From NCBI GenBank assembly GCA_000182565.2, contig KQ257465.1: a stretch of 64,000 nt of DNA; one strand, written 5' to 3'. The translations under genes and the position numbers were made by a program. A model generated the notes under the pieces. That model did not search any database, was not told where the DNA came from, and saw only the letters and a list, made by a program, of their open reading frames with translations. Shown one piece after another: positions 25,994 through 36,186 of the stretch (its first letter is position 1; the number at the start of each line of letters is the position of its first letter). This DNA comes from Spizellomyces punctatus DAOM BR117 (taxonomy: Eukaryota).

Positions 25994-28258
25994 ATGAGGG
26001 CTATCATTTTCAACAGACCTTCCAGCCGATCTCGATGGAGCACAATTCTAATGCTCATGCTCTGCACCGCCTTCCTCTGCCTTCTTGATCGAACTCGTCG
26101 GAAAGCTGCAAGAGTGCTTCCAGAATGGGTGCACAAAGGAATATCGACGGAGCTCTCAGAATTCGTAAAGAAGGCCGATATCAACATCCAATGTTCTCAT
26201 CAGCTTGAACAGCCAGCCATTATTGAGCCGAATCGCAAAGTGCAATCGGATCTTCCCGAATTTGGACAATGGAGATCCAAAAATGCCCTTCGGTTAGGAA
26301 TGTCCCAGTGCGACGCTCATGTAACATATCAACAGAACCTCCTGTACGACTTCTACGGCTCTCGCCTTGCAAATATCACTCACGTCGGCGTCATTGGTCA
26401 GACGATTATTGCGAATCCAGGCGATGCTGCCTTGTATACTGCTACTGTATCTATGCTCCAAAAACTTCATATCCACATAGTTTACGCCTGCCCCTTCCGT
26501 GAATGCTCGGTGGACGAAATGCAGAAGGCCTTAGATGAAGCTCAGCCCGATAAGCGACGTCAAGGAATTGTATTTAACGGAGGTGGAAATATGAAATCTC
26601 AGTCTTTCATAGCGCAGGAGGTCAGGAATACCTTCGTTGAAGCGTTTCCGGAGGTTCAGATTACACACATGCCGCAAAGTGTATGGTTCGAGGATCCCAA
26701 GCATGATGAGTTGACGAGGGAGATATATAAGCGGCATAAGGATGTGGTTGTGACAGTCAGGGATCGGCTTTCCTTCGAACGCATCAAGCATTGGACGAAC
26801 GAAGGCATACCCGTCTACCTTCTTCCGGACACTGCACACATTCACGGTGTACGGACAGATTACATGGGTGACGTAAAGTACGATTTCCTCATTGTTCCAC
26901 GAAATGACAATGAGAACGGTGTCTCGCATCATCAAGTTGGAGCGTTTGAAACGTTGGTGAGAGGAGATGGCATGCAGGCCGCAAAAATGGTGATTGGGGA
27001 CTGGAATGATCAGCCCTTTGAAAAGATCATACCGTTGCAAGAAAAGGACCGAACGCAACAGGCTTGGCTGCGTTATAGATTTGGGATGGAGTGGTTGGCA
27101 CAGGGGGAGCTGATTGTGACGGATCGACTGCATGCAACTATCGTTGGATTGTCGCTTGGAAAGCAGGTTATCGTGATGGAACAAGGACCATACAAGAAGA
27201 TTCAAGGATTTTACGAGACATGGTACAAACCTGGATGCGACGATCTTGTCAGGTTTGCAGATGGAGTCGAAGAAGCTGTAAACTTGGCGATGGAGTGGTA
27301 CAAGAATGGAAAGTCATTTCCGGCATCAAAAGCACAATCAAACCGAGAGCTCCTTCCCATGGCCTCCAACACTCTCCCAGAGCCTAAACCCACGTCACCG
27401 AAATATGCAGTAACAACGGTGCTGACCGGAGACCGCTACCTGGCAGGGGCACTTGTCCTCGGGTTTTCCATCTCAAAGGTCAATTCTCTAAGAAACATAG
27501 ACCGCATTGCCCTCGTTCCCAAAGACGCTGCACTATCAGATACCCACGTCAAAATGTTGGAAAAAGTTGGATGGACACTTTTGTACGTTGATCGTGTTCC
27601 GATGCCCGCAAAGGTCAACTGGAAGTTCGAAGATATGTTGATCAAGTTGCAAACCTTCAAGATGACTCAGTACGAAATGATTGCCGCAATTGACTCTGAT
27701 GCTTTTGTTGTTGGAGATTTTTTGCCTGCGTTTGAACTATTGTCCGTGAGCGGGGCTCCTTTGGCAGCGACAATGGCAGCCACTAAACCAGTCGCACCAT
27801 TTTGGGACCTAATGGCAGGCCATTTCAACGCCGGGACAGTTTTCCTTCGCACCAATGCAACTGCATACGAGATTCTACATGCGCTGTCCCAAAACAAAGA
27901 GTACTATCCAACAGACTTGGCTGAACAGTCACTGTTGAACCGGTACTACGCCGGACAATGGCTTGGATTGCCTGCTACCTACAACCTCCTATTTGCATAT
28001 TCGACACGAAGAGAGTACTATCATGATATTCGTCCACAAACCAAGATAATACATTTTGCTGGCCATTATAAACCGTGGCTACCGTGTACCGACAAAAATA
28101 CGCACTCTTGTGGATATGATTTGCATCCGGATGTCATGCTTTGGAGACGATGGTTCAAGGAACTTGTGCGGGATATGGGTTGGAATGAGCGGGATTTTTT
28201 GGGGGATAGGCGTTCAGATGCTATACCTGATTTTGTTTGGGAGGATCTGATGCTGTAA
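25994..28258 (+). CDS. Type II membrane fusion: polysaccharide pyruvyltransferase (Pvg1/EpsI-like) plus GT8 glycosyltransferase, intronless, 754 aa
   Basis: N-terminal TM anchor; pyruvyltransferase motifs NPGDAAL, GGGN, PQSV, VRD..SF, PDTA, VTDRLHATI; GT8 motifs YLAGALVLG, KLQTF..IDSD (DxD), FNAG, AEQSLLN, YN, IIHFAG.YKPW. Confidence 0.82.
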   Translation: MRAIIFNRPSSRSRWSTILMLMLCTAFLCLLDRTRRKAARVLPEWVHKGISTELSEFVKKADINIQCSHQLEQPAIIEPNRKVQSDLPEFGQWRSKNALRLGMSQCDAHVTYQQNLLYDFYGSRLANITHVGVIGQTIIANPGDAALYTATVSMLQKLHIHIVYACPFRECSVDEMQKALDEAQPDKRRQGIVFNGGGNMKSQSFIAQEVRNTFVEAFPEVQITHMPQSVWFEDPKHDELTREIYKRHKDVVVTVRDRLSFERIKHWTNEGIPVYLLPDTAHIHGVRTDYMGDVKYDFLIVPRNDNENGVSHHQVGAFETLVRGDGMQAAKMVIGDWNDQPFEKIIPLQEKDRTQQAWLRYRFGMEWLAQGELIVTDRLHATIVGLSLGKQVIVMEQGPYKKIQGFYETWYKPGCDDLVRFADGVEEAVNLAMEWYKNGKSFPASKAQSNRELLPMASNTLPEPKPTSPKYAVTTVLTGDRYLAGALVLGFSISKVNSLRNIDRIALVPKDAALSDTHVKMLEKVGWTLLYVDRVPMPAKVNWKFEDMLIKLQTFKMTQYEMIAAIDSDAFVVGDFLPAFELLSVSGAPLAATMAATKPVAPFWDLMAGHFNAGTVFLRTNATAYEILHALSQNKEYYPTDLAEQSLLNRYYAGQWLGLPATYNLLFAYSTRREYYHDIRPQTKIIHFAGHYKPWLPCTDKNTHSCGYDLHPDVMLWRRWFKELVRDMGWNERDFLGDRRSDAIPDFVWEDLML

Positions 28259-28982
28259 AAAGTTGTAGAAAGTGCGGATAGGGTCCTAATTAGGCCGCTG
28301 CTGATGTAGAAAGTAAAATGTTACTATTATATGTATGTGTTTTCTAATAAGATATAGTTGCACACTCGATCATTCAGCTCTAAAAGATGCAGTGAGATTC
28401 ACGACTTGACAGCAGCGATCGGCTTACTTGACTGTGGCTTAGGGCACGTGATCTTATTTTCTTCTATAAAACTTTGGGATTCAAGGTTTGTTCCTCTCCC
28501 AACTTTAGACTCAGCTGGGTGCTGCGGGTACCTGTACTGACAAACAGCCTGAAGAGAGCAGTTCACGTACTCGACGCACTCAGGCCTCAAGGAGGAGGGT
28601 AAAGTCAATAAACAATATCGTGGGGATGAACAATTACTCAACTCAGCTCACATCGAGTGCCAAATTGGTACAGTGAGAGAAAATTATGGGTTCTGAACAG
28701 ATATTGTTTGTTGTCTTGCTTTAATTATGGGCTGTTGCAAGCTTTGAAATGCCTTAAAACATCTACATGGTGATTTCCATCTCCAATGAAGTGCATAAAA
28801 CATCTACTTGGCTGTTTTTATCTCCAATGAGAAGTGCATCGCCTTCAATTTATATACGAGATTCACCTATTTATCCCACACGATTCTACCAAAATTACAG
28901 AATTCAATCTACCACTCTAAAAGGGTCAACCATCGACCCAAGGGTTCTATATCATAGAAACAACTGACGCAATGTACTCTAC

Positions 28983-30179
28983 TTAAAAGGCAAAGACAGT
29001 ACCCAGCAAGCCAACAACCGCAGTTACAAAGGTGAATCTGGCTTCGTTTCTAAAAGATCCAGATCCGGGGAGAGGCATATTGGGTCCGCCTGGAAAGCCT
29101 CCACTGTTTGCTCCACCCGCAGTACTACTACCACCGGTCTGTTGCTGGGGCTTGCCGCACGTATTTAGAATTTGCGCACCAGAAACTCCGCCTGCCGCAG
29201 TTTGAAGTGGTGACAAGTCGCAAAGTTTGGTGTTGTCGTCCACTTGGACAATAGGTCCGGAGATTTTGGAATTGCCAAAGACCTTTACATCAGCCAAAGC
29301 CGCATTGTGCGTCAGCGTCAAATTGGTGACGCTGGCGAGACTGATACCGTCCAAGGATGTTAGGGAATCACACGTGGTAACTTTCAACGCGGTCCCGTTT
29401 GCTGCGGAGGTAAAGACCGACAGTGGGGTGAGGGTTTTGATCACTGGAAGGCGCTCAATCGTGATGGACTGCACAGGGAAGGGGCCAGTCGAAGGGAGGT
29501 TGTCGAGTGAGTTCAACCGAGTGTTGTTAGAAATTATCACAACATTCCCAACACTCTTGAGGTTCTGCAACCCGTCCAGAGCAGCCAAAATAGGGTTACC
29601 GTACACAGAGATTCCAAAGGCGAATCTGGGGCTCTTATTGGGGTTGATGTTGGTCAGGGTGGCTAATCCAGCAATGGAGACAAGTTGCGGGTTTTGGTAC
29701 ACCAGCACTCCGCCTTGAATTGTCGTCAACGAGTTCAACCCAAACACATTGGAAAGTTGAGCGTTGTCGTGAATAAACAAATTCTCTCCGACTGTCCTCA
29801 AGTTACCAAGGCCGGTCAAGGTGCGCAGGTTGGTACCTGAAATGTCAATAGACAGCTGCACGCTCTCAATCTTGGCCAAAGGACTGAGGTCCGTAATCCC
29901 CGGTCCGGCGAGGAGCAGTGATCCCAGAAGGTTTGTGCAATTTGTTCCCACAAGTTGAGCCAGCTGTGCTTGCGTTTCGATACGGCTCCAATCGTTCTGA
30001 ACTCCACAGGAGACGCCTGGCGCGGTTGAGTTGCCCCCTGCCGGAGGAGGGTTGGCGGGTTGCGTTGTGTTGCCTCCTGCAGGAGGAGGATTGGCGGGTT
30101 GCGTTGTGTTGCCCTGCTGAGCCGTGACAGCAGTGGCGGCTAGCGCACATAGAACGACAGAGATTTGTAGGAAACGCAT
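28983..30179 (-). CDS. Secreted, probably GPI-anchored receptor-L-domain/LRR glycoprotein (Ecm33/Pst1-like), intronless
   Basis: Signal peptide MRFLQISVVLCALAATAVTA; repeats L-x-x-L-x-x-[VI]-G-x-x-L-x-I-x-x-N-x-x-L; G/S-rich spacer and hydrophobic C-terminus FTFVTAVVGLLGTVFAF. Confidence 0.75.
   Translation of the reverse strand: MRFLQISVVLCALAATAVTAQQGNTTQPANPPPAGGNTTQPANPPPAGGNSTAPGVSCGVQNDWSRIETQAQLAQLVGTNCTNLLGSLLLAGPGITDLSPLAKIESVQLSIDISGTNLRTLTGLGNLRTVGENLFIHDNAQLSNVFGLNSLTTIQGGVLVYQNPQLVSIAGLATLTNINPNKSPRFAFGISVYGNPILAALDGLQNLKSVGNVVIISNNTRLNSLDNLPSTGPFPVQSITIERLPVIKTLTPLSVFTSAANGTALKVTTCDSLTSLDGISLASVTNLTLTHNAALADVKVFGNSKISGPIVQVDDNTKLCDLSPLQTAAGGVSGAQILNTCGKPQQQTGGSSTAGGANSGGFPGGPNMPLPGSGSFRNEARFTFVTAVVGLLGTVFAF
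30028..30114 (-). repeat. 39-bp tandem duplication encoding GNTTQPANPPPAG x2 followed by GNST
   Basis: Two copies of ggcaacacaacgcaacccgccaa(t/c)cctcctcc visible on the minus strand; each carries an N-x-T sequon. Confidence 0.8.
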
Positions 30180-30752
30180 TGTAGTAAAGCGACGACTTGG
30201 AGGTCAGAGGTGTCCTCTTTGCAAGTAGCTACTCACTTGGGTGTGCTCATCTGAGTCGTGCTTGAAAATTAATGCGGTGGGTAATCAACGGCCCAAAGGG
30301 TTTCATTTACCATATTTGGTACATAGCTGCCAATGCAGTGATTGTGCCCACTTGCCGGTGGACAAGTGACTTTTGTGGGTGCATTGTGTGAGTCAGGCTT
30401 TGGTTCAAATGTCTGAATCGAAGCACGTGGAAATGAACATGGCAACTGCTTATTGCTGTTCACCTGGATTACTTGTCAAATAAACGTTGGTTTTTATTTT
30501 GTATGCTTTTAGCGATGTCGTTAAAGAGCAATGCAATGCAAGTCTCAACACCTCATCTTTACAGCTGCATTTCTCACATAATGGAGAGGAAATGGCTGCA
30601 ATTTGATTGAAATCGGATATTTTAAGCAACTTAAAGTTTTTGTGAGGCGGGAAATAATTCTGAAATTTATCCCCACTACCCGGTAAGTTGCATTTCTGCA
30701 CAAGACGGTACATGAACTCCGTTGGCGCAGCACTCGACTCCCAGCTCGCAAA

Positions 30753-32142
30753 ATGCCATCCTCCAAGAGTGGAGCCGTTAAACTCTTCTATGTCATTGTC
30801 ACTATTACCTGCCTTGCAAGCTTCCTCCTCATATCCTCTTCATCCCGCACATCCTTGCAAACATTCCGATTTTTCCAGCAGTCGCTACCGCCCGTTTCCA
30901 ATGACCGCAAGACAGTCGTTGACCGCCTGTACAGAATGGGGCACTATAACTGGATAGACTACTTGGATACAATGGATGAAGAGGGTCTCTCGCCACTGAC
31001 CAAGGAGGTTCAAAAGTGGATATACGATAATCAGCACCCCCCAAAAGAAGAATGTCGCAAGAAAAAGTTTTTGATAGCGGGTGGGACGGAAAACGTTGGG
31101 TTAGGAGCGTATTTGCATAGTAAGTGAAGCAATTAACTGTATACTTTCCTGGCAAAAACATGGTCTAATCGGTAATAAAGAACAAGGATTCCTTCTGGCA
31201 GCTGCGCTAGAAGCTGGGTGGATTTACGTTCTGGAACCGATAGGGACTGAGAATGGAAAATATGAGTTTTCCGACAACTGCGGACCACCCAACGGCCCTG
31301 TTCAATCCAATCTCGAGTGCTTCACCCAACCTTACAGCTCATGCACGTATGAAGACGCTCTGCAAGCCGAAACAAAAGTGAGAACCAATACTTGGGGCAC
31401 TGTGGATCTGGACGGTGCATCGTACGATAAAGACCTCGTACCAAGCTTGTGGAAGAAAAATCTACAGGAAAAGTTCCCAAACGCAGAGTTAACTCTAGAG
31501 TTTTTCAGGCTTTGGTGGAGGGGACAGAGTTCCGCTTATTTATCCCGTCTCAACGCGCAGACAACGGATGCTTTGCTTTCCCTGCGTCTCAAAGAGTCTC
31601 TGCACAACGCATATTCAGCTAACTCTAATAACGTATCCAAACCTGCTCCGTACCCTCTACCCGAAGGTACATTCAATCTCCACGTTCGTCACGGAGATAA
31701 AGGATCGGAGATGACATTGATCCCGTTCAGCACTTACATTGAAACGGTTCAGAAATATGCGGCAGAGAATCCTATGGGTGTTTATAAACGCCTCTTTGTC
31801 TCGTCGGAAGATCCAGAGGTGATTCATTCCGCAAATTTGCTCCCGATTTCGGATAGGGACGATGGTACTACGAGCTCGAGAACATGGGAAATTTTCACGT
31901 CCGACATCCCCCGATACAATAAAGGACCTATGGACCAGCTCTCTCTATTTGGCCGGTCAACCATGACTCTCTCTTGGTATTTGCAGTTATGGATGGGGTT
32001 GGAATGTGATGGGTGGGTAGGGACCAGGGCGTCAAACTGGAATAGGATTATAGACGAGTTCAGATGTATCTTTGTAGCCAAGTGCCGTTTGCCATATTTT
32101 GAAGTAGGGTTGAAGAATGATTGGAAGGGATATTTCTGGTGA
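30753..32142 (+). CDS. Alpha-1,6-fucosyltransferase-like (GT23/FUT8-NodZ fold) type II membrane protein, 1 intron
   Basis: N-terminal TM; WIYDNQHP..C..KKFL..GLGAYLH; motif I LHVRHGDK; motif II FVSSEDPEVI; motif III ECDGWVGTRASNWNRIIDEFR. Confidence 0.78.
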
Positions 32143-32265
32143 GGGTTTAAACTATTTATCGTAATTTCATAATGAGGCAAATTATTATATATCGTGTACG
32201 GTTGGAGCTATAGACAATTCATTATTAAGAGAAACTACTTCTAAATCTACATACGGAAAAGAAAT

Positions 32266-33538
32266 CTAAAGAGACGCTCCCAACTGTGCCCGCTTCGCTT
32301 TCACAACCTCATCCTCTTCTTCGCTTTCTTCTTCGCTACTCAGTCCCATGGGCATCATGGAACTGTCATCACCCGAAGACCAACTTCGGCGCTGTTGTTC
32401 CAAATATAGTGAGAGGCTTAGATGCTCCTCGTCTTCAAGGTTTTCATTAGCTTGCGAGGCGAGGATGGAGTCAAAGAAAGATAAGGGAGTGGACGGAGAG
32501 GCAGCGGGATTGTCATCCCTCTCTTCTTCTCCTTCCCGTGCTTCCTTTGACTCTCCATCCGACCCAACTCCAGGTTCCACAACGTCTCCATCGCGCTGAT
32601 CATCAGTGGCGCCAAAGCTGTCGCTACGTGTAGGTACCAGGACGCTACCTCTCGCGCCTGCCCGTTTGAATGGAACAGGACGGCCTGGTGGAACCACGGA
32701 AATACCATTCGCACCGACAGACGATGTTCTCGGAGGTATGTCAGCTGCGAGATGCTGCAAACTGCTTCGTCGTACTCTTCCACGACCACGGTAACGTGCT
32801 GGTATGATCGATGCGACGATCGACGATGCGCGGGGATACAGGTCCTTGACTGCGGCCTGGACACTCGATGGATTGTCAATTAGAGAGAGGTAGAACAGAG
32901 TTTCCGGGCGAGACTGTATCGTTCTTCCTGCCAGAACTATAGTCCAAACAAGCATTGTTAACGCCGCGCCTTCAATATTTCCTTCGTCCATTCAGCAACA
33001 TGAACGCACCTCTAGTTACCAAACACTCTTCTGCGACGTGAACTAAAAGATATTTCCGAGGTCCTACCCACTGGCATCCCTGTCTCCTGTGCGCGCAATA
33101 TACATCCAAGTCGTCTACAACATGTTTGACATCCCGATCAACCTCCATTTTTTTGCCTTCCAGCGGTTTGATGCACCATGGGCAGGTTGGCTTCTGCTTC
33201 TGCCATCTTCTCACGCATGTCGAGCAGATGAGCTGGCGACAGCATGGGAGGCGAATGGGTGTGGCATAGACCTCCATGCAGAGGGAACAACATACTCGGG
33301 AGGGAAAGTCAGAGTCGTCCTTGTCAAATGGATGTACATAGGAATAGACTTGTTGGAATATTCCCGTTGTGGCAGCAGCGTTGCGGGAGACGGTGCGCGG
33401 TTGAATTCGGCTCGTTGTTGTGGATGCTCTATGCAGCGTCCAGGAGAAGGGAAGTGTTGGGTCGTCCGTGAACCGGTCGGCGTCATGTTGGTGTACATGT
33501 CTGCTGGCTGTCATCCCTGGGCTTGCGATCACTGTCAT
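32266..33538 (-). CDS. RING-finger (C3HC4-like) plus TRAF/SIAH-type zinc-finger protein with acidic disordered tail
   Basis: CSLCMEVYATPIRLPCCRQLICSTCVRRWQKQKPTCPWC; VYCAHRRQGCQWVGPRKYLLVHVAEEC; intron ~32940-33009 joins the two ORFs. Confidence 0.75.
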
Positions 33539-33780
33539 ATTGAAGCTTCCGTGCACTCTCTACTCGTCCGTTCTGCTTCCTGCGCCTTCTTTTTATTGTA
33601 CTTTACTTCCTACTTGTCAAGTTGCTACATTCGTGATATTCACAGTGTTCAAGACAGCTTGTTGGCCCTTTGACCCTGTCGTTCCTTCAACTCCAACTAA
33701 AAACTTGCTCCACGTGATTTGAACCTTGTGGTGGTATTTTATTTGTTTTTGACAAGTTTACAAGTTCCCTGGTTGCCAAA

Positions 33781-34878
33781 ATGACAATTTCCGTAGACGC
33801 ACTCCCGCCCACCAACCCTACCAATGTAGACTCAAAGACATATGCATCACTATCAAATATACTCACAAATGTCAGCGGGGACGTCCCGCTCCACAAGCGC
33901 TTCAGAGCCCTCTTTACACTAAAGTCCCTCAACAATGAAAACTCGGTCGACATTATTGCAAAGGGTTTCGCCGATCCGTCCGCTTTGCTCAAACATGAGC
34001 TTGCTTATGTGCTCGGTCAAATGCGAAACAAAGCAGCCATTCCTCACCTGACAAAAGTTTTGAGTGACAAGTCAGAGGATCCTATGGTGCGACATGAGGC
34101 TGCTGAGGCACTAGGTGCGATAGCGGAAGAGGGGTGCTTGCCCGTGCTCGAAGAGTACAAGACGGATGAACAACGAGTTGTTCGGGAAACATGTGAATTG
34201 GCAATCGAGAGAATATTATATGAAACACGAAGAAGAGAAACGGGAGAACAAGAAGCCCCTAGTCCTTACACATCAGTCGATCCAGCTCCGCCTGTTGCAA
34301 CCCAAGAGAAGACGACTCAGGATTTGAGGAACCAATTATTGGATACCTCTTTGCCGCTTTTTGAGCGGTACAGGGCCATGTTTGCCTTGCGAAATCGTGG
34401 GGATGAGGACGCTGTCTTGGCTTTAGCCGAAGGGTTGACAGATGACAGTGCCCTCTTCAGGCATGAAATTGGTATGAGTTACTGACTTCTTCCGAAGAAA
34501 TGAAATGTATCTTACTAACGGATTTATAACCGTTGTAGCTTATGTATTTGGTCAAATGCAACATCCCGCAAGCGTTCCGGCTCTCATCAAGGTATAGGGA
34601 GCACAGCTCACTGTATTTCTTCTTTAAACATTACAATAACTCCCATGCTTTGTAAACAGTCCCTCTCCAACACCACAGAAGAAGGAATGGTGCGACACGA
34701 ATGCGCCGAAGCCTTAGGGTCTATTGCCGCTCCCGAATGCTTCGAGGTTCTTAAAAAGTTTAGCGCGGACCCAGAGCGTGTTGTGAGAGAAAGTTGTATT
34801 GTTGGCCTGGACATGTTTGAGCATGAGACGTCGGGGGAATTCCAGTACGCGGATGGGTTGACCGCCTCCACGCATTAA
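33781..34878 (+). CDS. LIA1: Deoxyhypusine hydroxylase (HEAT-repeat, eIF5A hypusination)
   Basis: [66 protein letters not shown]. Confidence 0.95.
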
Positions 34879-34999
34879 ATTTCTTGTTTTACATAGAAGA
34901 GGTGGATGTTTATTTTAAATCTTCCTTTGTGCATGTCTCACCGGTCAAGTAGATGACATTTCAAGAATTGCTGTGTATAATAATTGAAATATGGGTATT

Positions 35000-35981
35000 T
35001 TATCCTAAATAATGTACGATTCCCCACATCAGAATGATTGTGATTGTCATCCCGCCCAACAAAATCCATCTATCTGTGGCAGTCCGTTGTTCGATGTATC
35101 GTATAACGGTGGTCGAAAGACCCAAAGTGTTGGCTATATCGTATAATCTTCGTTGGGTGCCCTGTCCGAGGTAAAACAGAACCTTATCAGGATTCACGCA
35201 TGAATATGACTTGACAGGGGGAAGCACGAACACACCTTTAGCACTTCACGTTGCTCGTACAAATCCTGTAGCGCTGTTCGTCCCATATGAATAAATTCAT
35301 CTATCCTGTGTCCTGATCCCTCCAACACCTGGTTTTCGCGAAGCATCTGGTCCATCATCAGTATGGAAGTGTCGGCTGACCCTGGCTCATGTCGAACAGC
35401 GCTGGAGGTTCGTCGTTCAGCGCTGCCAAGTAGCTCTTCCCGCTCTTTCGTGCTCGCCTATAATCGAATCAGCAAATAAGACTGTAGTCTACCTTGAGCA
35501 GGCGAGGGATATGTCCCACGTTACCCTTGCTCGTTCGTTGGCTTTCCATTGTGAAAATGCAATTTGGATGGACGTGAAGTCTTCTCGTACTTTTTTCGCT
35601 CGTCTGGTCGTTTCGCCAATAAGGTGAGGTACCCAAAAGGGGATATCAACGTCCGTTGTCACTACTCCTTTCCTCAATCTTATGTACCATACGTGAGGTT
35701 AAACAAGGGTTACCTACGCGAGCGCTTTCTCCCGTTTTGCGGCGGTCACTTCACGTCGAGCAAATTGGTCAAGATCATTGGCAGAGCGTTGCAGGGATGC
35801 AAGACCGGCGGTGATTTGCCCTACGGTGCTATATCGTCAGGCTCTAGTATCTCGGTACAAACTGCGGAGGCTAACCTTGCAGAGCAGAAGATGTGTCCTG
35901 GCCGTTCTCGAGTCGTTCGAGTTCTTGGTGTAGTTGATGTATCTGTTTTACGGTACTGTTATACAGAATTGTTGCGCTCAT
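35000..35981 (-). CDS. BOS1: Golgi Qb-SNARE Bos1/GOSR2 (membrin), multi-exon
   Basis: N-terminal ILYNSTVKQIHQLHQELERLE, REELLG, RIDEFIHMG...LYEQREVLK|GTQRRLYDIANTLGLSTTVIRYIEQR..DRWI plus C-terminal TM. Confidence 0.87.
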
Positions 35982-36186
35982 TTCTACTGTTTGATGGGTT
36001 GTATGATGGAGACCAAATGAACAATATTCGTGATGACCGGCCAACCTTCACTGCCAAACTGCCCGGTGTATCACACTCGGCCAAAAATGGCTAAATGACA
36101 AATCTATAATTTTTTTTAACAAACTGTTGAGATTCTCCACTTGAGTCGCGTTTTCATTTTCTTTTCAAACACTACATACGTTCAAA

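Noticed and set aside
32940-33010. Overlapping ORFs in the RING gene suggesting a programmed frameshift or pseudogene
   Set aside because: A GTGCGT..TAG intron joins them in frame (TR|VLAGR).
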